This document shows positions 23,926 through 36,254 of a stretch of DNA of 64,000 bases, piece after piece. The notes under the pieces are model-generated. The model was given only the letters and a program-made list of their open reading frames with translations, was not told where the DNA came from and ran no database searches. Origin of the DNA: Macrostomum hystrix. Its lineage: Eukaryota; Animalia; Platyhelminthes. The stretch covers positions 9,982,001-10,046,000 of the forward strand of contig CATNEN010000039.1 in assembly GCA_950097015.1 (NCBI GenBank), written 5' to 3'. The position numbers and the translations under genes are program-made. Numbering within the stretch: position 1 is the stretch's first letter; every line of letters begins with the position of its first letter.

Positions 23926-25795
23926 TAACACAATATTGACAATACAAATAATATACCAACCAGTATGCAACCAATCACACGAGCGTATAGTGAATCGGGC
24001 CTATGCAGATAAAAATATTGCTACTACTATGTAAATCTGTTTCTCAAGAGACTAAGTACTCAGTCCGTTTGAATACTCAGAGTGTTTCAGTACTGAGTAC
24101 TGGGCGCAGTACTCACCAATCAATGGAAATCAAGCAGCCCCAGCTGGTGCGAGTTCAAATTATATGTTTACTATATGCATATAATGTACTCTTTACTTAC
24201 TTTGCTGGTATTTTTCATTCAGGTAGTAAATTTCGTGAACGATGCCAGCATGCTTCTGATTGATGCTACTGGTCAGCGAGACAAGGTGTGTTCAAATTCA
24301 ATAATCAAGCATTTAATATCGGTTTTCTGTAAGGAAATGCCTTCTTAAGGACAGGTTCAGCTGTTTACATTTACTTAGCAGCTAGACGAGAAGTTCCTCC
24401 TATATTGACTATAACTGTGTATATGGCATACAAATAGTAGAATTTCATATTTTTTGTCTTTAGATCAACAACTGAAAAGGTTTTCTATAAAAGGTCATTC
24501 AGATCTAGGTGTGATATGTAACGAAAGTCTGCTTGACAGCTAAATCTTCACAATGCGCCCCTGTCTGAGCTGTACAATCCTTCTAGTTGGGACGCTGCTT
24601 GCAATCCTTTGTTTCCATGGCAACGCTGTCAGTCTGCTCGTCACCTGGCGACGCGGAGCGGCAGACTTTGCTACGCTCAGTTCAAGCTACGAGCTGGTCA
24701 AAGCGAGGCCGGGAAGATCGAACAGTCATTGCGTCCAGTTGGCTTCCAGCACAGGGCTAGCCCAACTGGCAGCCTTCGATACTGCCGAGGGCGTGTGCAG
24801 AATCTACGGCTGCACCGGCGGATTAGTTTTTGAAAATGTAAAATTAATATTACGTTATTTGTGCTTTTTGTACATATTTTGCGGCGTATATATTCATCCA
24901 CTCAAAACGCAATCGGCTAAAATCGTTGCCTCTTCTTTTATAAGTTGATTCTTCATATTTACATTTTAGGTGCGCAGCAGCCACCTGTCTGGTTGCTGGC
25001 TCACAGTTCAGCATCGACTGTCCGGTTCGGTAAGTTTTTATCGCACCTGGGCAGATTACAAATCTGGCTTCGGACAAAACGAGACAGGAAACTTCTGGTT
25101 AGGTAAGTGAAGATTTTTTATTGCCTCGAGTGATTTGTCTATGGTCGCGATGGAACGGACTGGGACTGGCCGTGCTGGCCTCTGAATTTTATTTAGACGC
25201 AATTTTTTTTTGTTTTTAGTTATGCTTTGGAAAATAAATAAATAATGATGCAGGCGATAAATGCTATTTGGAAATTGTTAGCCGAGACAAGCCAAGGCGA
25301 GAGTTTGCGATGTGTCGAAAACCACTTGAGAACCACGATGCGATAGTCAATATATTGTGGCTCAATAACACTGGAGTTGAGCAGCCCCAACCCAGGACTA
25401 AAACCAGCCATGTACATGCAAGATAAGATACGCAATATAACGATAGCACGCGCACAGCAGGACTGAGAGCGATAACACGTACATAGCCAGCAAATCAAAA
25501 CGTAACGTACAGTGAAGCCCGCCAAGCTCACAGTCACGCAGAGTGAACAGTCTAACAGAAATATGACCGAGAGAAACAGAAAAGCGTTATAGATTCTAGG
25601 GAGAGATGATTAGTGCAGGCACATACAGACACTTGGGGTGGGGGTAAGACAGAGGGTTAGAGAATAAGAATGTTTAGCAGTTGGGGTGAGGTGGCGACCA
25701 ATCAGAAAGCAGGAAGGGGAGAGAATGAGAGATCAGCTGCGGGCAGAGATGACGAGAGATAAAGAACTAGATTGAACTGGGCGAAATAAACAATA

Positions 25796-27915
25796 CACCA
25801 TTTTACCATCAATTTTGAACAACGAAAACTTCAATAGTGACAAACTCCGATTCAAATTCGACAGTTAACGGCAAGGCACGTCAAAGCTACATTCAATTGT
25901 GACACAGTCAACTTCAATTTTGAAAAGGTCCGATTTAGCCAATGCGCGAGCCAAATCCTCACTCCTTAAGTTGTCTAAAACTCTGATTCAATTTTGACAC
26001 TGCGAACAACAAAAGTTACACTCTATGGTAAATTCTCCTGAATATCCGCTTCAATTTTATCAACTCCACTTCAATATAGACAGTCTACATCCAATTTCGA
26101 CGGACTGGTAAGACAGAAAGGTGGTCGGTGGAGCGTAACATCTGTTGGATATATTCGTCCCATTTCCTCACTTAAAGCCTTCATTAAAAACACCAGTTAA
26201 CATTCATTTAACGTAGAACGGGTCCGAACAAATGGTGCATTGAAAACAGTCTTTTTAGGTCATTAAGTCCCTCATTGCCTCTAGCCCTCAACCGGCTCTG
26301 AGGCCAGGCAGCGTGGATCGTACGAATAGCACAGGTTGAACCAGTGCGCGCACTTCTCGGCCGAGACGCTATTGACTGTGTAGTCCACTTCACGGAACAG
26401 GATGTCACGTCTGTAGGCCACCAGTTTCCGCCCTGCGAGCTGCTCTGCTGTGGGCTGGATGAAGTCAGCTTGGATCCGAGCCAAACGCTGCTTCAGAGCT
26501 GCCTTCCAGCAAGAGATGGCATTCTCTACCGGAGTCAAGAATGGGCTGTAGACTGGCAGTCGCTTGATCTCGATCAGACCCGGAAGTTCGAAGACTTCAG
26601 CGTCATTGTGACTGCTGACGTTGTCAATCACAATGCTGCATCGCCGGTCCGGGTGCACCTGCTGGAAGTTGGCGATTGTGATGCTCACAAATTCGCCAAA
26701 TCGCTCCTTTGTCATGCCCTTCTCGTAGGTGTGATAGTGCACGACACCAAGAGTCGGGCTGACAGCCAAGCAAACCGTCACGCGCTGCCCCTTCTGCCCA
26801 GAAACCACTCTGTAAGCGCGTTGGCCTTTCTTGGACCGGCCCATTGAGCGGCGCATCCAGGTGTTGAATCCGAACTCATCAATAAAGATCTTCTCCATCT
26901 CCAGGGTCTCCTCAGAGCACAGCCACTCTGCAAACTGGCGTCGGGTCTCAATCGTAGTAACCGAGTTTCTCTCAGCCGGTATGTCGCGAACCAGTTTGGT
27001 TGTATACAGAGCACCGTCAAGCTTGATGCTAATGGTCTTGTCCGAGACGTGCGGCTTGCTTGGGTATCTGTTGCGCAACATGCCGTTCATCTGCGACAGC
27101 GTAAGCAGGGGGTTGTGCTGGACGATTGGGCACAGAAAGCGTTGCATTTCGTTGTCCCACTTTGAATGCTTCGCACCTCCCTTTGCTTTCTTCTCAGCTC
27201 TGCCAGTCCGAACAATGGCATAAGCAGTGGTCCTCTTTATCCCCAGTTGGATCGCAAGGTGTACGAAGTCCTCTCCGTTCTCATGAGCTGTAATTAGGCG
27301 CTGTCGGTCCTGAACAGAAACTGACTGGTTTCTTCTTTGTTCCGGCTGCTGCTCTTCGTCAATCGGATCGTCAGTTGACTCCGAACCTTCTTCTTCCAGA
27401 AACGATTCCGCGTCCTCGTCGATCATTTAAATTTTCTAAGTTATGGAATATAAAAATAAGGACGGAACGGAAGCGAGTCAAGGTGGCGGATTAAACTAGA
27501 GTGACACGGAGAAGAGAAGGCTCTCATCTTACTTTTACCCTGGACAAGACCATTTCGTTTATGGCAAAAGCTCCCGATGGTTCATGTACTGTATAGTCAT
27601 GAAAAGTCCGTCAAGATTGGACGTAGACTGTCTATATTGAATTGGAGTTGATAAAATTGAAGCGGATATTCAGGAGAATTTACCATAGAGTGTAACTTTT
27701 GTCGTTCGCAGTGTCAAAATTGAATCAGAGTTTTAGACAACTTAAGGAGTGAGGATTTGGCTCGCGCATTGGCTAAATCGGACCTTTTCACAATTGAAGT
27801 TGACTGTGTCAAAATTGAATGTAGCTTTGACGTGCCTTGCCGTTAACTGTCGAATTTGAATCGGAGTTTGTCACTATTGAAGTTTTCGTTGTTCAAAATT
27901 GATGGTAAAATGGTG
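25796..27915 (-). mobile_element. Full-length IS630/Tc1/mariner DNA transposon (2120 bp)
   Basis: TA on both sides (25794-25795, 27916-27917). About 311-bp TIRs starting CACCATTTTACCATCAATTTTGAACAACG with few mismatches. Single transposase ORF. Confidence 0.96.
26281..27426 (-). CDS. DDE transposase, IS630/Tc1 superfamily (381 aa)
   Basis: N-terminal HTH (LAIQLGIKRTTAYAIV). Catalytic motifs IFIDEFGF, IVIDNVSSH, LPVYSPFLTPVE. Uninterrupted ORF. Confidence 0.95.
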   Translation of the reverse strand: MIDEDAESFLEEEGSESTDDPIDEEQQPEQRRNQSVSVQDRQRLITAHENGEDFVHLAIQLGIKRTTAYAIVRTGRAEKKAKGGAKHSKWDNEMQRFLCPIVQHNPLLTLSQMNGMLRNRYPSKPHVSDKTISIKLDGALYTTKLVRDIPAERNSVTTIETRRQFAEWLCSEETLEMEKIFIDEFGFNTWMRRSMGRSKKGQRAYRVVSGQKGQRVTVCLAVSPTLGVVHYHTYEKGMTKERFGEFVSITIANFQQVHPDRRCSIVIDNVSSHNDAEVFELPGLIEIKRLPVYSPFLTPVENAISCWKAALKQRLARIQADFIQPTAEQLAGRKLVAYRRDILFREVDYTVNSVSAEKCAHWFNLCYSYDPRCLASEPVEG

Positions 27916-29439
27916 TAAAAGGTGCTGAGAATGAAAGAGTGAATAAATGTATACTATTTCGCGTTTGCCCGCCAACTTTGATTGCACTTTTATGCTCTGT
28001 GTATAAACTCTGACTCTCTTTCTATCTCGGACTCTGTCCATAGTCTATGGTAAAAAGCAGACCTGTTTGAAGAAGAAGTTTCTGTGGTAAAAAGTGTACA
28101 CTAGGCGTGTAAGGCTGGAGGTTGTCTGTGGTAAACGTTCCGTTTATCCACCCCGGGCGAGCGGGAAATAAATCATTTATTTTCCGGCGCAAATAAATGA
28201 AATGCTTTAAGACATAGACTGCGTTGGCGGACAAATGGGGAATACATAGAGGGCAGAAAACAGAGACGAAAGTTGCGACAGCTATTATTCCCTCTAATTT
28301 TGTGTTCTATGGAAAAGAAAATTATTGCAGATTTCCATATTTGGGCATCAGAAGCGTGCGAACCAACGTACATGCCCATGTTAGGCTTTTTGAAACAAAG
28401 CTTTCACTCCGATTTTCGCTGTGGTCCGTTTCGCGTTCTCCCATTGGCTGAAAAGCATCACGTGAGGTGTTTTTTCCTGGGTGCAAAAGAGAATATGGGC
28501 TGTGCATGGAAATTCCGTCGAATGTTGTAATGTTGAAGTCTGAAGACACGCTAGTCGCTTTAAGATTGTGCAATACAATTGAATAATAAGTCCTCACTCA
28601 ACATACCCAATACCAGGTCTTGACCAACTATACAGCCTCACAAAGTCTGCCAGTCGAACATTGCGTTTCGAATTGACTCTGTGGAACTCCACAATGTGCT
28701 GGGCCCATCTGAGCGAGATCAGCATAGGTCCAGAATCGGAAAAGTACAGAATCAACTGGAGAAGCTTTGCCGGGAATTTAAGCGACTCGATGCGCGTTCA
28801 TCGGAACAATCCTTTCAGTACTCAGGACAGTAACAATTGCAACTACCCCGACAAGGCCAACTGTGCAGTCAGGTACCGCGGCGCCTGGTGCATGCTTCGG
28901 CTGCTGTCACAATGTCCACCTAATTATTTATCTCGTATAACAGCTGAATGGCCGACCACATCATTCTCGTCGAGACACCTTTTTGCGGTACATGTGAAGA
29001 GCAGCAGCATTTTAAATGCTTACAGGGCTTCGATCTCTAAGCTAGGCTGTATTGCGCAATGGTTCCTTCGTAAAATGGCATATACTATTTACTAGTATGC
29101 TGTAATCGATATAGCTTACTGATAGTAGCGCTCAGTGAACATAGCGCAAATTCCTCACATGACGGACTAAAAAATACCGCCATGTGCGAAGGTGGATGAA
29201 TAGCAGTTGTAATCAACTGGCTAGAGGATCTTCATTCAATCCCCTTCTAACAGATTTAACGCTAAAGTATGCTTGATAAAAATTAGTCAAAAGAGCAGGC
29301 AACGTTGTTATTTGTTCGGTTGAAGAACTAACCCTCTCGCCAATCACAGAGCACCGCGTGCACTTGCACTCAATCAGCAGCATGCAAGCCGCATAAACAA
29401 CAGTTTTATATTATTTTGCTGGATTAAAATATATAATTA

Positions 29440-29800
29440 TTGTGAGGTAGTTGTGAGGTGTGTCTTGTGAGGTAGTTGTGAGGTGTGTCTTGTGAGGTAG
29501 CTGTGAGGTGTGTCTTGTGAGGAATAGCTGTGAGGTGTGTCTTGTGAGGTAGCTGTGAGGTGTGTCTTGTGAGGTAGCTGTGAGGTGTATCTTGTGAGGA
29601 ATAGCTGTGAGGTGTATCTTGTGAGGAATAGCTGTGAGGTGTATCTTGTGAGGAATAGCTGTGAGGTGTGTCTTGTGAGGAATAGCTGTGAGGTGTGCCT
29701 TGTGAGGTAGCTGTGAGGTGTATCTTGTGAGGTAGCTGTGAGGTGTGTCTTGTGAGGTAGTTGAGGTATGTCTTATGAGGTAGCTGTGAGGTAGCTGTGA
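29440..29800. repeat. 25/26-bp minisatellite (TGTGAGGTGTGTCTTGTGAGGTAGC)n
   Basis: About 13 units. Same family as 42695-44458. Confidence 0.93.
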
Positions 29801-30117
29801 GTTCTGGCTTGAGGTGTGACAGTTGAGGTGTCAATCACTATTTTTTGTCAATCTACTTTCTTTTTTATTTTTTTCTCTGTCCAATCTGTAGCTTACTACA
29901 TTTCTCTTTGCCCGCATGTTCTCTGAGGCACCTAGCTAAAACACTCTTTCGATATGACTTTTAAAGCTTTTGTTTTATCCAAATTCCAAAATCCAAAATT
30001 TTTTTAGATAAAGCATACCTATCCTTTTAGGAATAGGAAAGGAAATTTAATGTAAAAGTGACTTGCTTTTTCAATTTTTTTATGACGTCGATAAGCTTCA
30101 AGCCCATGGACATAGAC

Positions 30118-30708
30118 GGGGGCGAGTGGGTCAGCGGCTAACGTCGCTGCCTCGCAGTCCAAAGGACGCTAGTTCGATTCACCCTTCAAGTCACGATTAA
30201 TTTCGGGACTTGTTGGGGGGTTTGGACAGTAGCGACCGGCGGAGGTGCACCATATTTCGTGCAATCAAAGCTTGAAATAATAGCTTCGCTCCTACCTTTC
30301 TGTGTGCCTGTTCTGCGTTGTGTGAGTTGTGTGCGTTGGCGCTGGGGCGTGAGACCTTGCGGGGGGTGGCTGGAGGGCGGGTGTACACCGCCGCGCGCTT
30401 TCTGGACTTCCGTCAGCGCGATTGGATAAGTGTACACTCATCACCCGGCCCCCCCCTGAGGACTGATTTCTTATCAGCTTTCCGCCCCGGCTTGGTGTGC
30501 TATGTGCGTGTGGGGCTGGGGTGGGGGACACTGCTGCCTATTCTGGGTGCCTCCTGCCCTCCCCGGCTGGTCTGTGCTGCTGTGTGTGGTGCCTGCTCAG
30601 GGGAGGCGGCGCGATGGGCGCAAAAGCGTCTAGTTCGCCGGTCTGGGGGCGTGCCGCTCCGTCGCTTGTGCGACAAGTGCCCCGGGCCCCCTGCAAATAG
30701 ATAGATAG
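30118..30708 (+). mobile_element. SINE-like retroposon, family C (about 590 bp)
   Basis: tRNA-like head (TGGGTCAGCGG...AGTTCGATTC), GC-rich body, (AGAT)n tail. Flanked by ATGGACATAGAC (30106-30117) and ATGGACATTAGAC (30709-30721), a near-perfect TSD. Confidence 0.68.
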
Positions 30709-30910
30709 ATGGACATTAGACACGGGCTCATATTGTTTTAATGAACTTCGGTTACAAAGCAGGCTTAGCACTCCTTTCTGTTTTCCTTCACTCTGACTCT
30801 TCAGGCTAAACTCTAGGCCCTCCAAATCTTCAGGTTCAGCTTCAGAGCCATTGAATATTTAGGTCAAGCTTCAAAACGTTGATATAAATCAGCAGTAAGA
30901 AAGGCCTTGG

Positions 30911-30990
30911 TATGGGATGGGGTGCAGGATAGGAGGGTTATGGGATGGGGTGCAGGATAGGAGGGTTATGGGATGGGGTGCAGGATAGGT
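30911..30990. repeat. 28-bp tandem repeat, about 3 copies
   Basis: TATGGGATGGGGTGCAGGATAGGAGGGT repeated. Confidence 0.85.
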
Positions 30991-31594
30991 TTGGGTTCGC
31001 GGGAGGTTTTGGGTGGTGGCCCTCGTCACCCTATTGGCCGGGTGCCCCGGCCAATGCGGTGCGAGGGTGGTAGAGGGTACCACTTTCCTACTACTTCAAT
31101 CGTACCCCCTTGGGTCACGTGTTTTTTATATTTATCGTTTTCAAGTAGTAAATTCTTGAAGCCTTCAAAAAACAGCCAAAAAATGTAATTTGTCAGAATT
31201 TGAAACTTTCAAAGCATCTTTCACACCTATACTTAAATTGATCTGAATCACAGAAACCCCACAGACAAGCTAGCAACAAACACTTTATGCTTAGACGAAT
31301 CAGACGGCGTCATGGCTTTCGCACGTGTTGGGGCGGGAGCTGCTGCTGCTGCTCATGAAGCCCCTGATGCATTCAGTATAGAAAAACGGCGTCAGTGAAA
31401 TTTGTAAGAGATGAATTTCGTCAATTATTAATGCCTCGACTAGTTCGCCTAGCTTAGCAGCTGATTCAATTTTTTTTCACTATCAACTGTACTCCGGAAT
31501 TATCAAAATAGAATTATTTATCAAACTGTCCAAGACAATTTTAAGTAACAGGGATAAGCAAATGCCAATCTATAAAATATCTTAAAGCATTTTC

Positions 31595-34500
31595 TGTAGA
31601 ACACTATAGAATCCAGGTGTAGAACACTGTAGAATCCAGGTGTAGAACACTGTAGAATCCAGGTGTAGAACACTGTAGAACCCAGGTGTAGGACATTGTA
31701 GAATCCAGGTGTAGAACACTGTAGAATCCAGGTGTAGAACACTGTAGAATCCAGGTGTAGAACACTGTAGAATCCAGGTGTAGAACACTGTAGAACCCAG
31801 GTGTAGGACATTGTAGAATCCAGGTGTAGAACACTGTAGAATCCAGGTGTAGAACACTATAGAATCCAGGTGTAGAACACTAGAATCCAGGTGTAGAACA
31901 CTGTAGAATCCAGGTGTAGAACACTAGAATCCAGGTGTAGAACAATGTAGAATCCAGGTGTAGAACACTGTAGAATCCAGATGTAGAACACTGTAGAATC
32001 CAGGTGTAGAACACTGTAGAATCCAGGTGTAGAACACTGTAGAATCCAGGTGTAGAACACTGTAGAATCCAGGTGTAGAACACTATAGAATCCAGGTGTA
32101 GAACACTGTAGAATCCAGGTGTAGAACACTAGAATCCAGGTGTAGAACACTGTAGAATCCAGGTGTAGAACACTAGAATCCAGGTGTAGAACACTGTAGA
32201 ATCCAGGTGTAGAACACTAGAATCCAGGTGTAGAACAATGTAGAATCCAGGTGTAGAACACTGTAGAATCCAGGTGTAGAACACTAGAATCCAGGTGTAG
32301 AACAATGTAGAATCCAGGTGTAGAACACTGTAGAATCCAGGTGTAGAACACTGTAGAACCCAGGTGTAGGACATTGTAGAATCCAGGTGTAGAACACTGT
32401 AGAATCCAGGTGTAGAACACTGTAGAATCCAGGTGTAGAACACTGTAGAATCCAGGTGTAGAACACTGTAGAACCCAGGTGTAGGACATTGTAGAATCCA
32501 GGTGTAGAACACTGTAGAATCCAGGTGTAGAACACTATAGAATCCAGGTGTAGAACACTAGAATCCAGGTGTAGAACACTGTAGAATCCAGGTGTAGAAC
32601 ACTAGAATCCAGGTGTAGAACAATGTAGAATCCAGGTGTAGAACACTGTAGAATCCAGATGTAGAACACTGTAGAATCCAGGTGTAGAACACTGTAGAAT
32701 CCAGGTGTAGAACACTGTAGAATCCAGGTGTAGAACACTGTAGAATCCAGGTGTAGAACACTATAGAATCCAGGTGTAGAACACTGTAGAATCCAGGTGT
32801 AGAACACTAGAATCCAGGTGTAGAACACTGTAGAATCCAGGTGTAGAACACTAGAATCCAGGTGTAGAACACTGTAGAATCCAGGTGTAGAACACTAGAA
32901 TCCAGGTGTAGAACAATGTAGAATCCAGGTGTAGAACACTGTAGAATCCAGGTGTAGAACACTAGAATCCAGGTGTAGAACAATGTAGAATCCAGGTGTA
33001 GAACACTGTAGAATCCAGGTGTAGAACACTGTAGAATCCAGGTGTAGAACACTGTAGAATCCAGGTGTAGAACACTAGAATCCAGGTGTAGAACACTGTA
33101 GAATCCAGGTGTAGAACACTAGAATCCAGGTGTAGAACAATGTAGAATCCAGGTGTAGAACACTAGAATCCAGGTGTAGAACACTGTAGAACCCAGGTGT
33201 AGGACATTGTAGAATCCAGGTGTAGAACACTGTAGAATCCAGGTGTAGAACACTATAGAATCCAGGTGTAGAACACTAGAATCCAGGTGTAGAACACTGT
33301 AGAATCCAGGTGTAGAACACTAGAATCCAGGTGTAGAACACTGTAGAATCCAGGTGTAGAACACTGTAGAATCCAGGTGTAGAACACTGTAGAATCCAGG
33401 TGTAGAACACTGTAGAATCCAGGTGTAGAACACTATAGAATCCAGGTGTAGAACACTGTAGAATCCAGGTGTAGAACACTATAGAATCCAGGTGTAGAAC
33501 ACTGTAGAATCCAGGTGTAGAACACTGTAGAATCCAGGTGTAGAACACTGTAGAATCCAGGTGTAGAACACTAGAATCCAGGTGTAGAACACTAGAATCC
33601 AGGTGTAGAACACTGTAGAATCCAGGTGTAGAACACTATAGAATCCAGGTGTAGAACACTGTAGAATCCAGGTGTAGAACACTGTAGAATCCAGGTGTAG
33701 AACACTGTAGAATCCAGGTGTAGAACACTGTAGAACCCAGGTGTAGAACACTGTAGAATCCAGATGTAGAACACTGTAGAATCCAGGTGTAGAACACTGT
33801 AGAATCCAGGTGTAGAACACTATAGAATCCAGGTGTAGAACACTGTAGAATCCAGGTGTAGAACACTGTAGAATCCAGGTGTAGAACACTGTAGAATCCA
33901 GGTGTAGGACATTGTAGAATCCAGGTGTAGAACACTGTAGAATCCAGGTGTAGAACACTGTAGAATCCAGGTGTAGGACATTGTAGAATCCAGGTGTAGG
34001 ACATTGTAGAATCCAGGTGTAGGACACTGTAGAATCCAGGTGTAGAACACTGTAGAATCCAGGTGTAGAACACTATAGAATCCAGGTGTAGAACACTATA
34101 GAACCCAGGTGTAGAACACTGTAGAATCCAGGTGTAGGACACTGTAGAATCCAGGTGTAGGCCATTGTAGAATCCAGGTGTAGAACACTGTAGAATCCAG
34201 GTGTAGGCCATTGTAGAATCCAGGTGTAGAACACTGTAGAATCCAGGTGTAGGACACTATAGAATCCAGGTGTAGAACACTATAGAACCCAGGTGTAGAA
34301 CACTGTAGAATCCAGGTGTAGGACACTGTAGAATCCATGTGTAGAACACTGTACAACCCAGGTGTAGGACACTGTAGAATCCAGGTGTAGGCCATTGTAG
34401 AATCCAGGTGTAGAACACTGTAGAATCCAGGTGTAGAACACTGTAGAATCCAGGTGTAGAACACTGTAGAATCCAGGTGTAGAACACTGTAGAATCCAGG

Positions 34501-35791
34501 TGTAGAACACTGTAGAATCCAGGTGTAGAACACTGTAGAATCCAGGTGTAGAACACTGTAGAATCCAGGTGTAGAACACTGTAGAATCCAGGTGTAGAAC
34601 ACTGTAGAATCCAGGTGTAGAACACTGTAGAATCCAGGTGTAGAACACTGTAGAATCCAGGTGTAGAACACTGTAGAATCCAGGTGTAGAACACTGTAGA
34701 ATCCAGGTGTAGAACACTGTAGAATCCAGGTGTAGAACACTGTAGAATCCAGGTGTAGAACACTGTAGAATCCAGGTGTAGAACACTGTAGAATCCAGGT
34801 GTAGAACACTGTAGAATCCAGGTGTAGAACACTGTAGAATCCAGGTGTAGAACACTGTAGAATCCAGGTGTAGAACACTGTAGAATCCAGGTGTAGAACA
34901 CTGTAGAATCCAGGTGTAGAACACTGTAGAATCCAGGTGTAGAACACTGTAGAATCCAGGTGTAGAACACTGTAGAATCCAGGTGTAGAACACTGTAGAA
35001 TCCAGGTGTAGAACACTGTAGAATCCAGGTGTAGAACACTGTAGAATCCAGGTGTAGAACACTGTAGAATCCAGGTGTAGAACACTGTAGAATCCAGGTG
35101 TAGAACACTGTAGAATCCAGGTGTAGAACACTGTAGAATCCAGGTGTAGAACACTGTAGAATCCAGGTGTAGAACACTAGAATCCAGGTGTAGAACACTG
35201 TAGAATCCAGGTGTAGAACACTGTAGAATCCAGGTGTAGAACACTGTAGAATCCAGGTGTAGAACACTGTAGAATCCAGGTGTAGAACACTGTAGAATCC
35301 AGGTGTAGAACACTGTAGAATCCAGGTGTAGAACACTGTAGAATCCAGGTGTAGAACACTGTAGAATCCAGGTGTAGGACATTGTAGAATCCAGGTGTAG
35401 GACATTGTAGAATCCAGGTGTAGAACACTGTAGAATCCAGGTGTAGAACACTGTAGAATCCAGGTGTAGAACACTGTAGAATCCAGGTGTAGAACACTGT
35501 AGAATCCAGGTGTAGAACACTGTAGAATCCAGGTGTAGGACATTGTAGAATCCAGGTGTAGAACACTGTAGAATCCAGGTGTAGAACACTGTAGAATCCA
35601 GGTGTAGAACACTGTAGAATCCAGGTGTAGAACACTGTAGAACCCAGGTGTAGGACACTGTAGAATCCAGGTGTAGGCCATTGTAGAATCCAGGTGTAGA
35701 ACACTGTAGAATCCAGGTGTAGAACACTGTAGAATCCAGGTGTAGAACACTGTAGAATCCAGGTGTAGAACACTGTAGAATCCAGGTGTAG
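31595..35791. repeat. 23-bp satellite (GTAGAATCCAGGTGTAGAACACT)n with 21-bp variants
   Basis: About 4.2 kb. Homogeneous core about 34.4-35.15 kb and a 678-bp higher-order duplication in the left part. Confidence 0.98.
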
Positions 35792-36254
35792 TATGCAGGT
35801 CTGAAGCGAAGTTTGATAGCCTCGAAGGCTTGTCGGAAGAGTTTAACATTTTGTTAAAATGTTTTTAAAACTGACCAAATCAGTTACTGACCAACTTCAG
35901 CATTTTAAAATCCTCTTAGAATTTTTAGTGGAAATTATTGAAGATATTGAATCAAATTTTGATTTGTTTACTAAGCTTTTAAACGACATCCCAAACAGTC
36001 TAACATCCTTATAAAGACACGTTGTACTCGTAATTGCTTTTGCTAAGACTTCAATATAAGCTTAATTCCATTAATGGCCCCTTAAACATGCTCATTCTGT
36101 TAATCTTTCAGGCCAGTGCAGACTTACTGGGATTTAGTTTTAAATCAGTTTTGTTTCAGCCATGCCAAATGCCATGAATTACTGCACTGTCAGTCAGTTC
36201 ATTAACGAATCATATTAGAGTTCATTTATTATTGAAGTGACATCAACTAGATTA

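Larger units (their letters stand above)
24553..29000 (+). pseudogene. Secreted fibrinogen-related domain (FReD) gene with disrupted 3' end
   Basis: Exons 24553-24837 (signal peptide plus Cys-containing PAN/apple-like segment), 24970-25102 ([26 protein letters not shown]...FWLG), and 28617 onward (GLDQLYSLT...FSTQDSNN...NCAVRYRGAW). The continuation FGCCHNVHL is out of frame and followed by TAA. FReD identity is strong, pseudogene status less so. Confidence 0.65.

Noticed and set aside
25276-28040. Possible solo LTR hosting the Tc1-like element (TG start, CCAAT, AATAAA)
   Set aside because: No matching CA end or TSD found.
31290-31398. GC-rich exon-like island (could read DESDGV...FSIEKRRQ-stop on +)
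   Set aside because: No homology recognised and no partner exons identified.
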